Shown: positions 1 through 8,972 of the stretch, piece by piece
Position numbering within the stretch: the stretch's first letter is position 1
How the letters are laid out: every line of letters begins with the position of its first letter
Origin: Promethearchaeota archaeon
GTDB taxonomy: Archaea; Asgardarchaeota; Thorarchaeia; Thorarchaeales; Thorarchaeaceae
Direction of reading: 5' to 3'
DNA: 30,780 nt
NCBI GenBank assembly: GCA_027031765.1
Contig: JALVPN010000146.1
Span: 1-30,780 of the forward strand
Notes under the pieces: generated by a model
Seen by the model: the letters and a program-made list of their open reading frames with translations, nothing else
The model's database searches: none
What the model was told of the DNA's origin: nothing
Translations under genes and position numbers: made by a program

Positions 1-18
1 ACCGACAATCTCAGCCAT
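1..18 (-). CDS. 5' end of a gene running off the window (MAEIVG...), product unknown
   Basis: Minus-strand ATG at 16-18 with GAGGG SD-like motif 5 nt upstream, 31 nt downstream of the SCP2 stop. Only 6 codons visible. Confidence 0.35.
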
Positions 19-49
19 CGCATCCCTCAGCCGTCTGCCGTCCAACACG

Positions 50-418
50 TCACCCCCGTGCGAGCTGGGACAGTAGTCGATAGAAACGGTACACACCTCG
101 CAGGTGGCGCCACAGGCCTTCTACAGTTAGTTGTCCCCTGAGGAGTGCGCCCAAGACCGAAACGCGGCCGCGCAGGATGTCGACGAGCAGGGCGACCGTG
201 AGCCGCACCCCGAACGTGTAGTCCTCTGTGCGGCCGGCCCGCACCGTGAGCCCGTCCTGGAACACGAGCGTGACCGGGTAGTAGTCCGTGTCCAGGACCA
301 CGGTCATCCTCCATGAGGAGACCTCCTCGGCAATACCAGGTCGTCGTATGACCTGTTGGAGGACCGTTGTCAGCATGGCCCCAAGGAGGTCACGTGGTAG
401 TGCAGGCACCGTCTGCAT
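50..418 (-). CDS. SCP2 sterol/lipid-binding domain protein
   Basis: 122 aa; pattern TLVFQDG.TV..G...D......L....LVDIL.GR.S..GALLRGQLTVEG matches the SCP2 fold C-terminal signature. Confidence 0.65.
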   Translation of the reverse strand: MQTVPALPRDLLGAMLTTVLQQVIRRPGIAEEVSSWRMTVVLDTDYYPVTLVFQDGLTVRAGRTEDYTFGVRLTVALLVDILRGRVSVLGALLRGQLTVEGLWRHLRGVYRFYRLLSQLARG

Positions 419-685
419 GTCGTATAGTCACCTCTCTGCTAACGACACACTGTACATGCGCGACATATGAGTGCATGCAATGTGTCAGCGTGCACCCGGA
501 CTGGTGGGACAGTACTGGCCCTGAACGGGAACGCAAGTAGGGGAGCAGAGCTCCGTCGTGCAGGCGGACACACCCCTGCCAGTGGACTCGCACTCCCGTT
601 CCCTGTAGTGTACGCTCTACTGTGAGGACGTATGCATAACATAGATAACGGGAGAGGTCCGAACTTGACCGGATGCGTGAGTGGA

Positions 686-1111
686 ATGGCCGTCGACATC
701 GTACAGACATGGCTGTATACTATGCAAGTCGAGTTCGACCTAGACGTAGACAACGGGGTCTTCGTTACCGAGTGGCCAATAGATGACAGGAAGTTCGAGA
801 TGTACATATCGTGTCGCGCCGATGGGTGGATACAGATCAGCGCGCTGTTGGTGAGAGACGACAGGATACCCCCAGCTGTGAAGGAGGCCCTGTACGCAGA
901 GCTCCTCAAAGAGAACCGGCGTCTCGATGACGTCACGTACTCTATGGACGAGGAGGGGAACCTGTATGCGGAGAACGATGTGCCTGTTCACTCAAACCTG
1001 GGCAACTTCCTCACCGAACTGAACGCCGTGGTCTATGCCGTCAAACGGTTCAAGAGGAATGTGGCCCAGATCTTCGGGCTGGGTGGTGCCCTCGACAGCA
1101 TGGTCGAGTGA
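686..1111 (+). CDS. YbjN / type III chaperone-like (CesT fold) protein
   Basis: ORF track 632-1111; likelier start ATG 686 (MAVDIVQTWL) after GTGAGTGGA. WIQISALL...ALYAELLKENRRLDDVTYSMDEEGNLY..NDVP resembles YbjN-family domains. Confidence 0.6.
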   Translation: MAVDIVQTWLYTMQVEFDLDVDNGVFVTEWPIDDRKFEMYISCRADGWIQISALLVRDDRIPPAVKEALYAELLKENRRLDDVTYSMDEEGNLYAENDVPVHSNLGNFLTELNAVVYAVKRFKRNVAQIFGLGGALDSMVE

Positions 1112-1154
1112 CACCTCCTCCCTGACCAGTGGTGCACGACGAGCGGGCCGGGGG

Positions 1155-4100
1155 TCACATGTCATGGAGCAGTCTGGCGAGCTCCTCCAGTGACTCAAGC
1201 CCTGCGGGGTCGGTCACAAGTGCGAGCCTGATGCGACGTCCCTCCCCCGGTGTGAGGGGGTCCGGGCGTCCCATGAACGGTGCCAGTACGACATTCCCGA
1301 GATGGATGACAGCAAGTACTCCGTCGCGAGGTGCACCAGCAACACCGACCGCACTGGCCCCACTCTGCACCGGTCGCAGGACACACGAGCCCGACTGCGT
1401 CAGCGTGAACACTGCGAACGGTGCGGGCCGGATGGTCGTACGACGCTGTGAGATGCGGGTGTCAAGCACAGTGCCCTCAAGAGAGCCGTTGACAGATGGG
1501 TGGACCATGAGGGACGGCGAGAACACCAGGGGGGCGCCCGTAGGGTTCCGGGACGCCATCTCGACCATTACGAGAGGACTCTGTGGAGCTGTCAGGTAGC
1601 GTACTGCGAACTGTGCACCCTGCCACGCGTCCTGTACCTCCGATGTCCACGTCACCTCCACACCCTGCCAGTGACCGGATGCAAAGGGCCGCGCCGACAT
1701 CTCCTCCTGGTTCGTCCGGGCGCGTTCCGGCCCCTCGCCCACCGCCTCAGACCAGACCAGTGGCTGGACACCGCCGTAGTAGTTCTGGAAGAACTCGAGT
1801 GGCGCAGGCCGTGGGAATGCCGAGGAGAGCAGCCGTGTGTCCTGTGAGGTCGTGAGAGAGTAGAGGCACCCGCCAAAGTCGGCCGAGACCGCGTACTCGA
1901 TGAGGCCGTTCCGCACCCTGAACACCTTGAGGCCCTCGTCCTCGTCCTCGACGACCTCGACCTCGCCGCGTCCGCCGAGCTGGACCACATGGTACGTGAA
2001 CTCCAGCTCTGATGGCAAGAGGAGGGTCGCCCTACCGGTGTGTACTGCGAGGCCGGGACCAACACACTCGGTCGGGGTGAGCGAGATGGCCACCTCCGCA
2101 ACGTCCTGGAGGGATATCTGGTGTACAGCATCACCCTGTCCATCGCTGGTGCGCCACCCTGGTGGAGGACTGACTGTCACGGGCACTGGCATAGGTGCAG
2201 AGACCGCAGCCCGAAGGCGCAGGTGGAGCTCCACGGGCCCCGGCGATACCATGACCTCTGGTCTTGCTTCAAGGTCAATGAAGTGGCGTGTAGCTGGCAC
2301 ATGCCGTGCCTCGTGCAGGGACTCCTCACGCCGTGCCACCAGCCGCAGCCACTCCCGACGGACATCGGCCCAGTGCGGTACCTCCACCACGAACCAAAAA
2401 CGTGACACACACACTGTTTCATGGGGCCCGACAGTGAGCCGTCCGTACTCAAGATGTCCCACCTGACCACCCCAGATGCGCACTTTGGCCACACCGTCCG
2501 GTTGCCAGACCTGGCCCGCGGCCCTGCTGCCGTCGTAGAGCGCAGCCCACTGTTCTGCATAGGCACTCGGGTCGTCAGGGAGCGCAGGGTACTGGAACAG
2601 TGTGTCGACTGCACTCCCACGTACAACCCCTCCGTTCAGTGGGACGTACGCCGTACAGATCCCCTTGGTCATCGAGATGCCCCAGATGTGGCTGGAAAGG
2701 CGCAGCTCAAAGGAGTGCGGTTCGGACGAGAGGTTAGTGACCCAGACCTCATGCGTGACCACATGTGAGGAGGTGGGGAATATCACCCTGTCCTCGACCC
2801 GGAGCGGTTTCTCGGGGTGGTCTGCTGAGAGGCTTACGACGAGCCGGTCGGGAGTGGTCTCCACACTGGCATCACGCTCCGTAGACTCAAACGGGCTCAG
2901 CCCGAAGGGCGGCCCAATCTCCGAGGAGACACCGAATGGCAGTCGCTCTGGAAAGTGACGGCCGCTGATACTGACATATGCGCCCTCCTTCTGGATCTGG
3001 ACGTCGTACACCTCACTCATCACAATGAGCGCGTGCTTCATGCGCTCCTCAAGACACACGGCCCTGCCACCCACAGTACAGGCCACGGGGAGCATGAAGT
3101 CCCGCGTCGTCACGGTAACAGGGGGCTCCGGACTGGAGAGCTCCACCACAAGGTGTGCACGGACATAGTATGGTCCACCCTCAAGGGCTGGTCTTGCAGA
3201 CAGGTGCGCCACAAGACCCGACAGGCCCTCGGGGGCCACTTCGATCTCGTGCTCAGTGGGCGTCACGCTGAGGGCAGAGTGGGTGGTGGACAGTACTAGG
3301 CGGCCCCTGAGGACACTGGACGAGCGGTTAGTGACCGACAGCGGGAGTTCCACCTTGCCACCGGGGAGGATGCGCACCGGGCCTGTCGGTAGCGTCACCT
3401 CCGCCACTGGGTGTATCCGCATGCCTGTCCTGAGCTCGAAGGACACGTCATCGAGTGTGACCGACGTAAGGAGAGCGGGAGTCCTGTGAGACCTGCGGTG
3501 TGGCTCGGCCGAAGTGTCTGCGGTCACCGGCAGGCGCCAGGAGAGCGTGTCACCGCTACGTACCGTCGTCTCGGTGGTGGTCGCCCCCTCGACATGCAGG
3601 TGCTCAAAGGGAGTGAGCGACGCCCGGACAGGCAGGTCCGTGTGCGTACCGTTCTCGACCACCAGTTCGAACGTGTTGGGGATTCCACAGAGAGTCTTGT
3701 GCTGCGCGACTCGGGCGTGCACACGGAGCCTCTCACCGTCGACAGAACTCTCAACACCAGTGATTGCACGGCACAGCCGGTCAACTGTGACGGTCAGGTA
3801 GTCCGACCCAGCCCTGAACCTGTATACGTAGACACTCATGCCACTGTCGTCAATGTCGTCTGGGGCCTTGTCCAGCTCCCGCACCTGCAGCTCGTACCAG
3901 CGGTCTGCACCGTGTCGGTCAAAGAACCGACGACACAGCGGGTGGGCCAGCACTGCTGGGATGTAGCTCTCCAGACGCACGCCCTCGCCCTCCGGGCTCC
4001 ACATAAGGCCCATCTTCTTGTAGAGTGGCAGCGCACGCTCATTGCCGGCCCATGTGTGCAGGTCAACACGCTCGTAACCATGTCCTATCGTGGTGCGCAT

Positions 4101-4427
4101 CGCCTCCAGCAGCAGTCGCTTGCCCACTCTCTTCCCGAGCACATCCGGCACGACACCCAGCAGACCGATGTACGCAGCCTCCTTGTCCTCCCAGTGCTGG
4201 AGTAGTGAGCAGAAGCCCACGGCCCTCTTGCCCCCGCGCTCCATGGCTACAAGGACTCTCACTGCACGGAGAGAACCGTAGTTCCGACGGATCCGCTCTG
4301 CGGTGTAGGGTACTCCGCCAGTGAAACCTCCAGGCCAGAGCTCGTCCCACGAGTTGAACATGTCAGCAAGTTCTTGGGCTATGTCATCGTGGTAGTCCAC
4401 TATCTCAATGTCGGGTTCACTGCTCAT
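1155..4427 (-). CDS. Large GNAT acetyltransferase fusion (N-terminal GNAT plus Ig-like and beta-sandwich C-terminal domains)
   Basis: 1090 aa; GNAT motif A YIGLLGVVPDVLGKRVGKRLL and motif B LHTWAGNERALPLYKKMG in the first ~140 aa; no signal peptide; C-terminal ~930 aa beta-rich. Confidence 0.85.
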   Translation of the reverse strand: MSSEPDIEIVDYHDDIAQELADMFNSWDELWPGGFTGGVPYTAERIRRNYGSLRAVRVLVAMERGGKRAVGFCSLLQHWEDKEAAYIGLLGVVPDVLGKRVGKRLLLEAMRTTIGHGYERVDLHTWAGNERALPLYKKMGLMWSPEGEGVRLESYIPAVLAHPLCRRFFDRHGADRWYELQVRELDKAPDDIDDSGMSVYVYRFRAGSDYLTVTVDRLCRAITGVESSVDGERLRVHARVAQHKTLCGIPNTFELVVENGTHTDLPVRASLTPFEHLHVEGATTTETTVRSGDTLSWRLPVTADTSAEPHRRSHRTPALLTSVTLDDVSFELRTGMRIHPVAEVTLPTGPVRILPGGKVELPLSVTNRSSSVLRGRLVLSTTHSALSVTPTEHEIEVAPEGLSGLVAHLSARPALEGGPYYVRAHLVVELSSPEPPVTVTTRDFMLPVACTVGGRAVCLEERMKHALIVMSEVYDVQIQKEGAYVSISGRHFPERLPFGVSSEIGPPFGLSPFESTERDASVETTPDRLVVSLSADHPEKPLRVEDRVIFPTSSHVVTHEVWVTNLSSEPHSFELRLSSHIWGISMTKGICTAYVPLNGGVVRGSAVDTLFQYPALPDDPSAYAEQWAALYDGSRAAGQVWQPDGVAKVRIWGGQVGHLEYGRLTVGPHETVCVSRFWFVVEVPHWADVRREWLRLVARREESLHEARHVPATRHFIDLEARPEVMVSPGPVELHLRLRAAVSAPMPVPVTVSPPPGWRTSDGQGDAVHQISLQDVAEVAISLTPTECVGPGLAVHTGRATLLLPSELEFTYHVVQLGGRGEVEVVEDEDEGLKVFRVRNGLIEYAVSADFGGCLYSLTTSQDTRLLSSAFPRPAPLEFFQNYYGGVQPLVWSEAVGEGPERARTNQEEMSARPFASGHWQGVEVTWTSEVQDAWQGAQFAVRYLTAPQSPLVMVEMASRNPTGAPLVFSPSLMVHPSVNGSLEGTVLDTRISQRRTTIRPAPFAVFTLTQSGSCVLRPVQSGASAVGVAGAPRDGVLAVIHLGNVVLAPFMGRPDPLTPGEGRRIRLALVTDPAGLESLEELARLLHDM

Positions 4428-4517
4428 GACAAATCATCTCTTGGGCATTCCCCCGATCGTGCGGCGTTCCCCAGATATGTCTAATGGCCAGAGCAGCCCA
4501 CCATGCCGGGCCCGCAG

Positions 4518-6392
4518 CTAGGGGAACACCTCTGGGCTGATGTAGGGGCCGAACTCGTCCTGCGCGTCCTTCAGTCGCTGCTCCTGCGCATCGAGGACAT
4601 CGAACAGGGTTCGTGGTGTCTGGGGTGCTCGCTCCTCATATGTCGAGCGTATGAGGCGGGTCTTGTGCAGCCACTCCGGCACACGGACTGTGAACTGTTC
4701 GACATAGTCCTCATGTCGGTAGTCCTTGTCAAGGACGCTCTGGAACAGCCGCTTCAGGTCGTCGTACACTGGGAACAGACCTGTGGGGGCGCGGATGGCA
4801 GCGACCTCTCCGTGTACCCGGAGCTCCATCCACTTGAGCCAGACAGCCTTGTCACGCTTCTCGTTCAGGAACCGCTCGTCATTGTAGTCACGCAGGAAGT
4901 AGTTGACACCAAAGACCTTTGGTGGGTGGTCAAGGCCCTCTACGAATGCGAGGTGGTTCTGGACGTACTTGCCAAGCGGGATTGAGATGAAGTCGATATT
5001 GGAGAATGGCTGGAAGCTCCGCACGCCCTCAAGGCCCAGTGTGGCTGCTGTTGTCTGCGACTCAAGGGCAGCCCCCATAGTGATGACACCGTGGGCCCAG
5101 TCAAAGGCCTCTTTCACGGGCACCTGGGTGTCAGGGTCGCGGCCACCATAGATCACGCCGCCGATGGGTACTCCCTGCGGGTCTTCAGCGCGCTCGTCGA
5201 TGTTGGGCAGGCTTGAGAGTGGTACCGTGTAGCGGGCGTTCCTGTGCGCATGGGGTATCTCATTGCCCTCCGCATCCCTCGCCCCACGTCTCCACCTGCC
5301 CGCGAAGTTGATGCCCTCTTCAGGCACCTCACGGTTGTCCCGGAGCCAGTACGGGTGGCCGTCCACAACGAGCACATTCGAGAATATCACCTCGCCGGGG
5401 CTGTGGAGGACCTCCCAGAGGATAGGGGTCTCCTCAGCGTTCACACCACGGATGATGCCAAATATTCCACGTTCCACATTTGCAGCCCACACCCGGCCGT
5501 CCCGTTTGCGGAGGTAGGCCAGGTCATCGCCAACAATGGTCTCACCCTGTATCATGGCAGTGCTCGTCTTCCCGCAGGCCGAGGGAAAAGCGCCGGTAAA
5601 GTACGTCTTCCGGCCACCAGGGCCATGTACACCCATGATGAACATGTGCTCTGCGAGCCACCCCTCGCGGTCGGCCTTGCGTATTGCCAGCCGCAGGGCG
5701 AGCTTCTTGAAGCCCACAGTGTTGCCAGCATACTGCGTGTTGACCGCATAGACGACCTCGTCAGAGTAGTCGATGTAGATCCTGCGCTTGTCGACGTCCT
5801 GTGATACCCCGTTCCTAGTACGTCCCATGGAGTGGACCACCTTGAAAAAGTCCGAGCCCGCGTCGAGTTGCTTGAACATCTCGTACCCCGGCCGGTACAA
5901 CAGGTCCTCGCTGTGGGCCACGTAGTACGAGTCCGTCACTTGGATACACGGGATGGCGAACTCGGACATCGGGGGTGCGAGACTGAAGAACCGCACTATC
6001 ATCTCACGGCCGGACATCGCACCGCGGAGCAGGCCCCTGACCTCCCGGAGCCCCGCCCCCCTCGGCATCTGCCTGAGGTTGCTGTCAAGAGTGTCGCCCT
6101 CAGGGACAAGGTACTTGGTGTTCTCCACATCCCGGGCCTGGTCGTAGTAACCATCAAAGTGAACCGTGTGGCCAGGTGTTGCCAGCGGGATCTCCTCCCC
6201 GCGTTCAACGGCAAGCCTGCGGACCCGGTCGCGGTCCTCACGACTGTCAGTCACAACAAAGACCGACTCAGGCCCACACAGCTCCGCTGCGTCAAGGATG
6301 AACTCATGTACGCGTGGACACGGTATTGCAGCAACACGGGCATGAGCTCTGGAGTCGAGCACAGCCTCTAGGCGAGAGAGCGGGTCGCTCAA
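4518..6392 (-). CDS. pckG: Phosphoenolpyruvate carboxykinase (GTP)
   Basis: FPSACGKTSTAM P-loop, IVGDDLAY metal site, NVERGIFGI, AHRNARYT. ORF track starts 6434; TTG at 6390-6392 has GGAGGT 7 nt upstream and is preferred. Confidence 0.95.
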   Translation of the reverse strand: MSDPLSRLEAVLDSRAHARVAAIPCPRVHEFILDAAELCGPESVFVVTDSREDRDRVRRLAVERGEEIPLATPGHTVHFDGYYDQARDVENTKYLVPEGDTLDSNLRQMPRGAGLREVRGLLRGAMSGREMIVRFFSLAPPMSEFAIPCIQVTDSYYVAHSEDLLYRPGYEMFKQLDAGSDFFKVVHSMGRTRNGVSQDVDKRRIYIDYSDEVVYAVNTQYAGNTVGFKKLALRLAIRKADREGWLAEHMFIMGVHGPGGRKTYFTGAFPSACGKTSTAMIQGETIVGDDLAYLRKRDGRVWAANVERGIFGIIRGVNAEETPILWEVLHSPGEVIFSNVLVVDGHPYWLRDNREVPEEGINFAGRWRRGARDAEGNEIPHAHRNARYTVPLSSLPNIDERAEDPQGVPIGGVIYGGRDPDTQVPVKEAFDWAHGVITMGAALESQTTAATLGLEGVRSFQPFSNIDFISIPLGKYVQNHLAFVEGLDHPPKVFGVNYFLRDYNDERFLNEKRDKAVWLKWMELRVHGEVAAIRAPTGLFPVYDDLKRLFQSVLDKDYRHEDYVEQFTVRVPEWLHKTRLIRSTYEERAPQTPRTLFDVLDAQEQRLKDAQDEFGPYISPEVFP

Positions 6393-6455
6393 GGACAGCA
6401 CCTCCAATGGGGGACGCATGCTGACTGGGCACATGCGGGCCCGACAGCGGTCGCA

Positions 6456-6461
6456 TTATAA
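6456..6461 (-). promoter_or_regulatory. Candidate TATA box for pckG
   Basis: TTATAA in an otherwise GC-rich intergenic region, about 65 nt upstream of the preferred start. Confidence 0.4.
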
Positions 6462-6537
6462 CTCTTAGCAACTGGACATACATCACCGGTCTCCTGACAG
6501 GCAGTCCCCTAGTGGAGGCAGCGGCCTGGTACTCGCT

Positions 6538-7110
6538 TCAGTCGTAGAACTCGACGCCGCCCTCGATAGACGGGTATTCCTCATCCACGACCTCCTCATG
6601 CACTGGCACCGGGGTGTCATATTCGACCGCCACAAGGTACACGAGGTCAGCGTGCTCTCCAAGGCGCTTCATTGCTATGTCATTGCCCCTTGTGTCTTCA
6701 ACTCTCCACTCGGAGGGGCGCCGGCTACGTTGGAACGGCCACCGGCGTTCAAGTGCCTCTGTGAAGGTCTGGTCACGGGGGCCCTCGACAATGGCCTCCT
6801 CGCCAGTGCTCCGGTCGACCACCGCACGTGACACTGTCACACCATCAACTGGTCGGAACACGCGGTATCTCAACCGAGCCGGGAGCCTTCTCGTATCAGA
6901 GCTCATGGAGGTGAGGGATGCTACGAGGACGACGATGAACACGACGACAAAGAATAGCAGGGACTCAGGAGGGTACATCAGTAGCTGCCCCACGGACATG
7001 GTGCGCATGTGGTGGCCATGCATCACTGACGGCACCATGACCGAGTGTAGGTACAGACTCAGGGACAGCACCGGCCAGACACACCCGCTCAGAGCTTGTA
7101 CTGAGACCAT
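6538..7110 (-). CDS. Hypothetical single-pass membrane protein with acidic C-terminus
   Basis: 190 aa; hydrophobic LLFFVVVFIVVLVASLT; AAGGA SD; starts 11 nt after the upstream stop. Confidence 0.7.
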   Translation of the reverse strand: MVSVQALSGCVWPVLSLSLYLHSVMVPSVMHGHHMRTMSVGQLLMYPPESLLFFVVVFIVVLVASLTSMSSDTRRLPARLRYRVFRPVDGVTVSRAVVDRSTGEEAIVEGPRDQTFTEALERRWPFQRSRRPSEWRVEDTRGNDIAMKRLGEHADLVYLVAVEYDTPVPVHEEVVDEEYPSIEGGVEFYD

Positions 7111-7121
7111 TTATCCTTTGG

Positions 7122-8972
7122 TCATCTCTTGGCAAGACCCGTCCGCCCAGCACGGGCTGTGACGACCGTCACTAACACGAGGAGGCCACCTGTCAGTAGT
7201 GTGACAGACACTCTGACTTGGGCCTGGAAGTCCATGTCTAGGTTCGTGGAGTCCCACACACCGACAACCGGCTCCTCCGACGTCCACCTGCGCACAAAAG
7301 CCCACGCAACACTGACCCGGCCCACGCCGTCAGACGACAACATCATGCCCGGGGTGAGCACCCAGCCGTGGAGGTGGATGTCCGTGACATTCACACACAC
7401 CGTCCGGGACAGCCAGAACTGGGCCACATTGGAGTCCCACATCACCCCCAGTGTTACCCAATGGTCGTCAGGCACCTCGGGGAGTTCACCTGCAGCCTCA
7501 ATACGTCCCCGCCTGACGGACACGTGGCCGGCCTGATACATTATGCCCTGTCCGCGCGACGTCCAGTCGGACGCAAACCCCATGGCCAGTGACGCACCAC
7601 CGGTGACCATGACCCGTGCTTCAAGGGCGTGTCCGGCAGTAACCGTATGGCGCGACCGCAGCAGGCCACCAAGGTCCAGCGAGAGGTGCGACCCCTCTAT
7701 TGCCGTGAGGTGGGGGCCGTCCTTTGAGTTGCAGCTCCACCATGTCCCATTGACCCAGGCAAGACCGTTGAGTGTGCTCCCAGACGGGACGGTGACCTTT
7801 CCGCGACGCACCAGGACATCACCACTGTTGTCGGCAGTTTCCCACACCACAACGTCGTCATTGCCATACCCGGTCTGAGCGCCGAAGAGACGCCCGTCTA
7901 CGGACACCCAGTCCTGGACACCCGTGTCTGGCGGGTCGTCAATCGTAGTGACGAGAGTACCGTTCAGGTCGAATACGAACACGGAGCGGGTGCCCCAGTC
8001 AGACACGTACACCCTGTGGTACTTGGGCAGGACTCCTATCGCAGCCCAGTGAGCATTCCCGACGACGTCACTTGTGGCCCACGTGTCCACGTAGTTGAGG
8101 TCACGGTCGTAGCGGAGGATGACGGAGGGGACAGATGGGGATGCGCTCCGTTCCGATAGGGGCACCCACAACATGTCGTCGAAGAAGACGATGCCGCCAG
8201 CATGGGTCAGTGGACCGCGCTCCACGACACGGCTCGCCAGCAGGCTGCCGTTGGGGGCGAACTTGTGGATGGCTGCCACACCACGCCCGAAGATATCCCT
8301 TGCAGTGCTGACGTAGAACACAGTCCCATCAGATGCCAGCCCCTCAATCTCAGACCCGGCCAGCCATGGGAGTGGCCGCACACCGAGGGCCGCAGCAGAC
8401 ACACTCGACAGGTCGGAGACCCACGTCAGGTCGTCCAAGAACATCGAGAACTCCGAGAAGACATCAAAGACCTCATAGCCGTTGGACATGTCCTGGGCAG
8501 TCGCACTGCCGTAGAGGAGGTGGAGCGTGACATTGTGCAGCGAGAGGTCATCCCGTAGCCGCACCCACACCGTCGCATCACTGCCAACGTTGCACTCCTC
8601 AGTCCAGTACGGTAGGAATGTCGCACCATCAGCTGCAAGGAACCGGATGTCCCTGAAGTCCGGGGCGCAGTCCGTGCCAAGGAACAGCACCGAGCTGTTG
8701 TCAACGCCCCGGTCACGTACGAGGACGAACCTGACCTGATAGCCAGTCCCGGCGCCCCTGAGCCGCCCTATGACAATGGTCTTGCTGTGAGCGAAACCGA
8801 GGTCTGCCAGACAGACCCCTGTGGTCCCCCCGAGGCCGCTAGCGGTGGCCTGACGCCTGCTGTCTGCGGCAGCAGGGCCCAGTGGTACCACGACCAGCAG
8901 GACGAGCACAGACCACATGACTGCGTGCTGCCAGTGAGTGCGACGGCGTGCTGGCGCATGCTGGCCCATCAT
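7122..8972 (-). CDS. Membrane-anchored DUF2341-domain surface protein with internal beta-propeller-like region
   Basis: Signal-like WSVLVLLVVVPLGPAAA; GAGTGYQVRF...DFRDIRF....T.LPYWTE......TVWV.L.DDLS..VTLHLLYGS.TA..MSNG is the DUF2341 signature; C-terminal TM VTLLTGGLLVLVTVVT plus basic tail. Confidence 0.75.
   Translation of the reverse strand: MMGQHAPARRRTHWQHAVMWSVLVLLVVVPLGPAAADSRRQATASGLGGTTGVCLADLGFAHSKTIVIGRLRGAGTGYQVRFVLVRDRGVDNSSVLFLGTDCAPDFRDIRFLAADGATFLPYWTEECNVGSDATVWVRLRDDLSLHNVTLHLLYGSATAQDMSNGYEVFDVFSEFSMFLDDLTWVSDLSSVSAAALGVRPLPWLAGSEIEGLASDGTVFYVSTARDIFGRGVAAIHKFAPNGSLLASRVVERGPLTHAGGIVFFDDMLWVPLSERSASPSVPSVILRYDRDLNYVDTWATSDVVGNAHWAAIGVLPKYHRVYVSDWGTRSVFVFDLNGTLVTTIDDPPDTGVQDWVSVDGRLFGAQTGYGNDDVVVWETADNSGDVLVRRGKVTVPSGSTLNGLAWVNGTWWSCNSKDGPHLTAIEGSHLSLDLGGLLRSRHTVTAGHALEARVMVTGGASLAMGFASDWTSRGQGIMYQAGHVSVRRGRIEAAGELPEVPDDHWVTLGVMWDSNVAQFWLSRTVCVNVTDIHLHGWVLTPGMMLSSDGVGRVSVAWAFVRRWTSEEPVVGVWDSTNLDMDFQAQVRVSVTLLTGGLLVLVTVVTARAGRTGLAKR

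Noticed and set aside
497-513. 15/17 match between CGGACTGGTGGGACAGT (497-513) and CGGACTGGTGGCACGGT (27663-27679), both in divergent intergenic regions
   Set aside because: A rough estimate gives about one such match by chance among the intergenic sequence here; the motif is not palindromic and occurs only twice.
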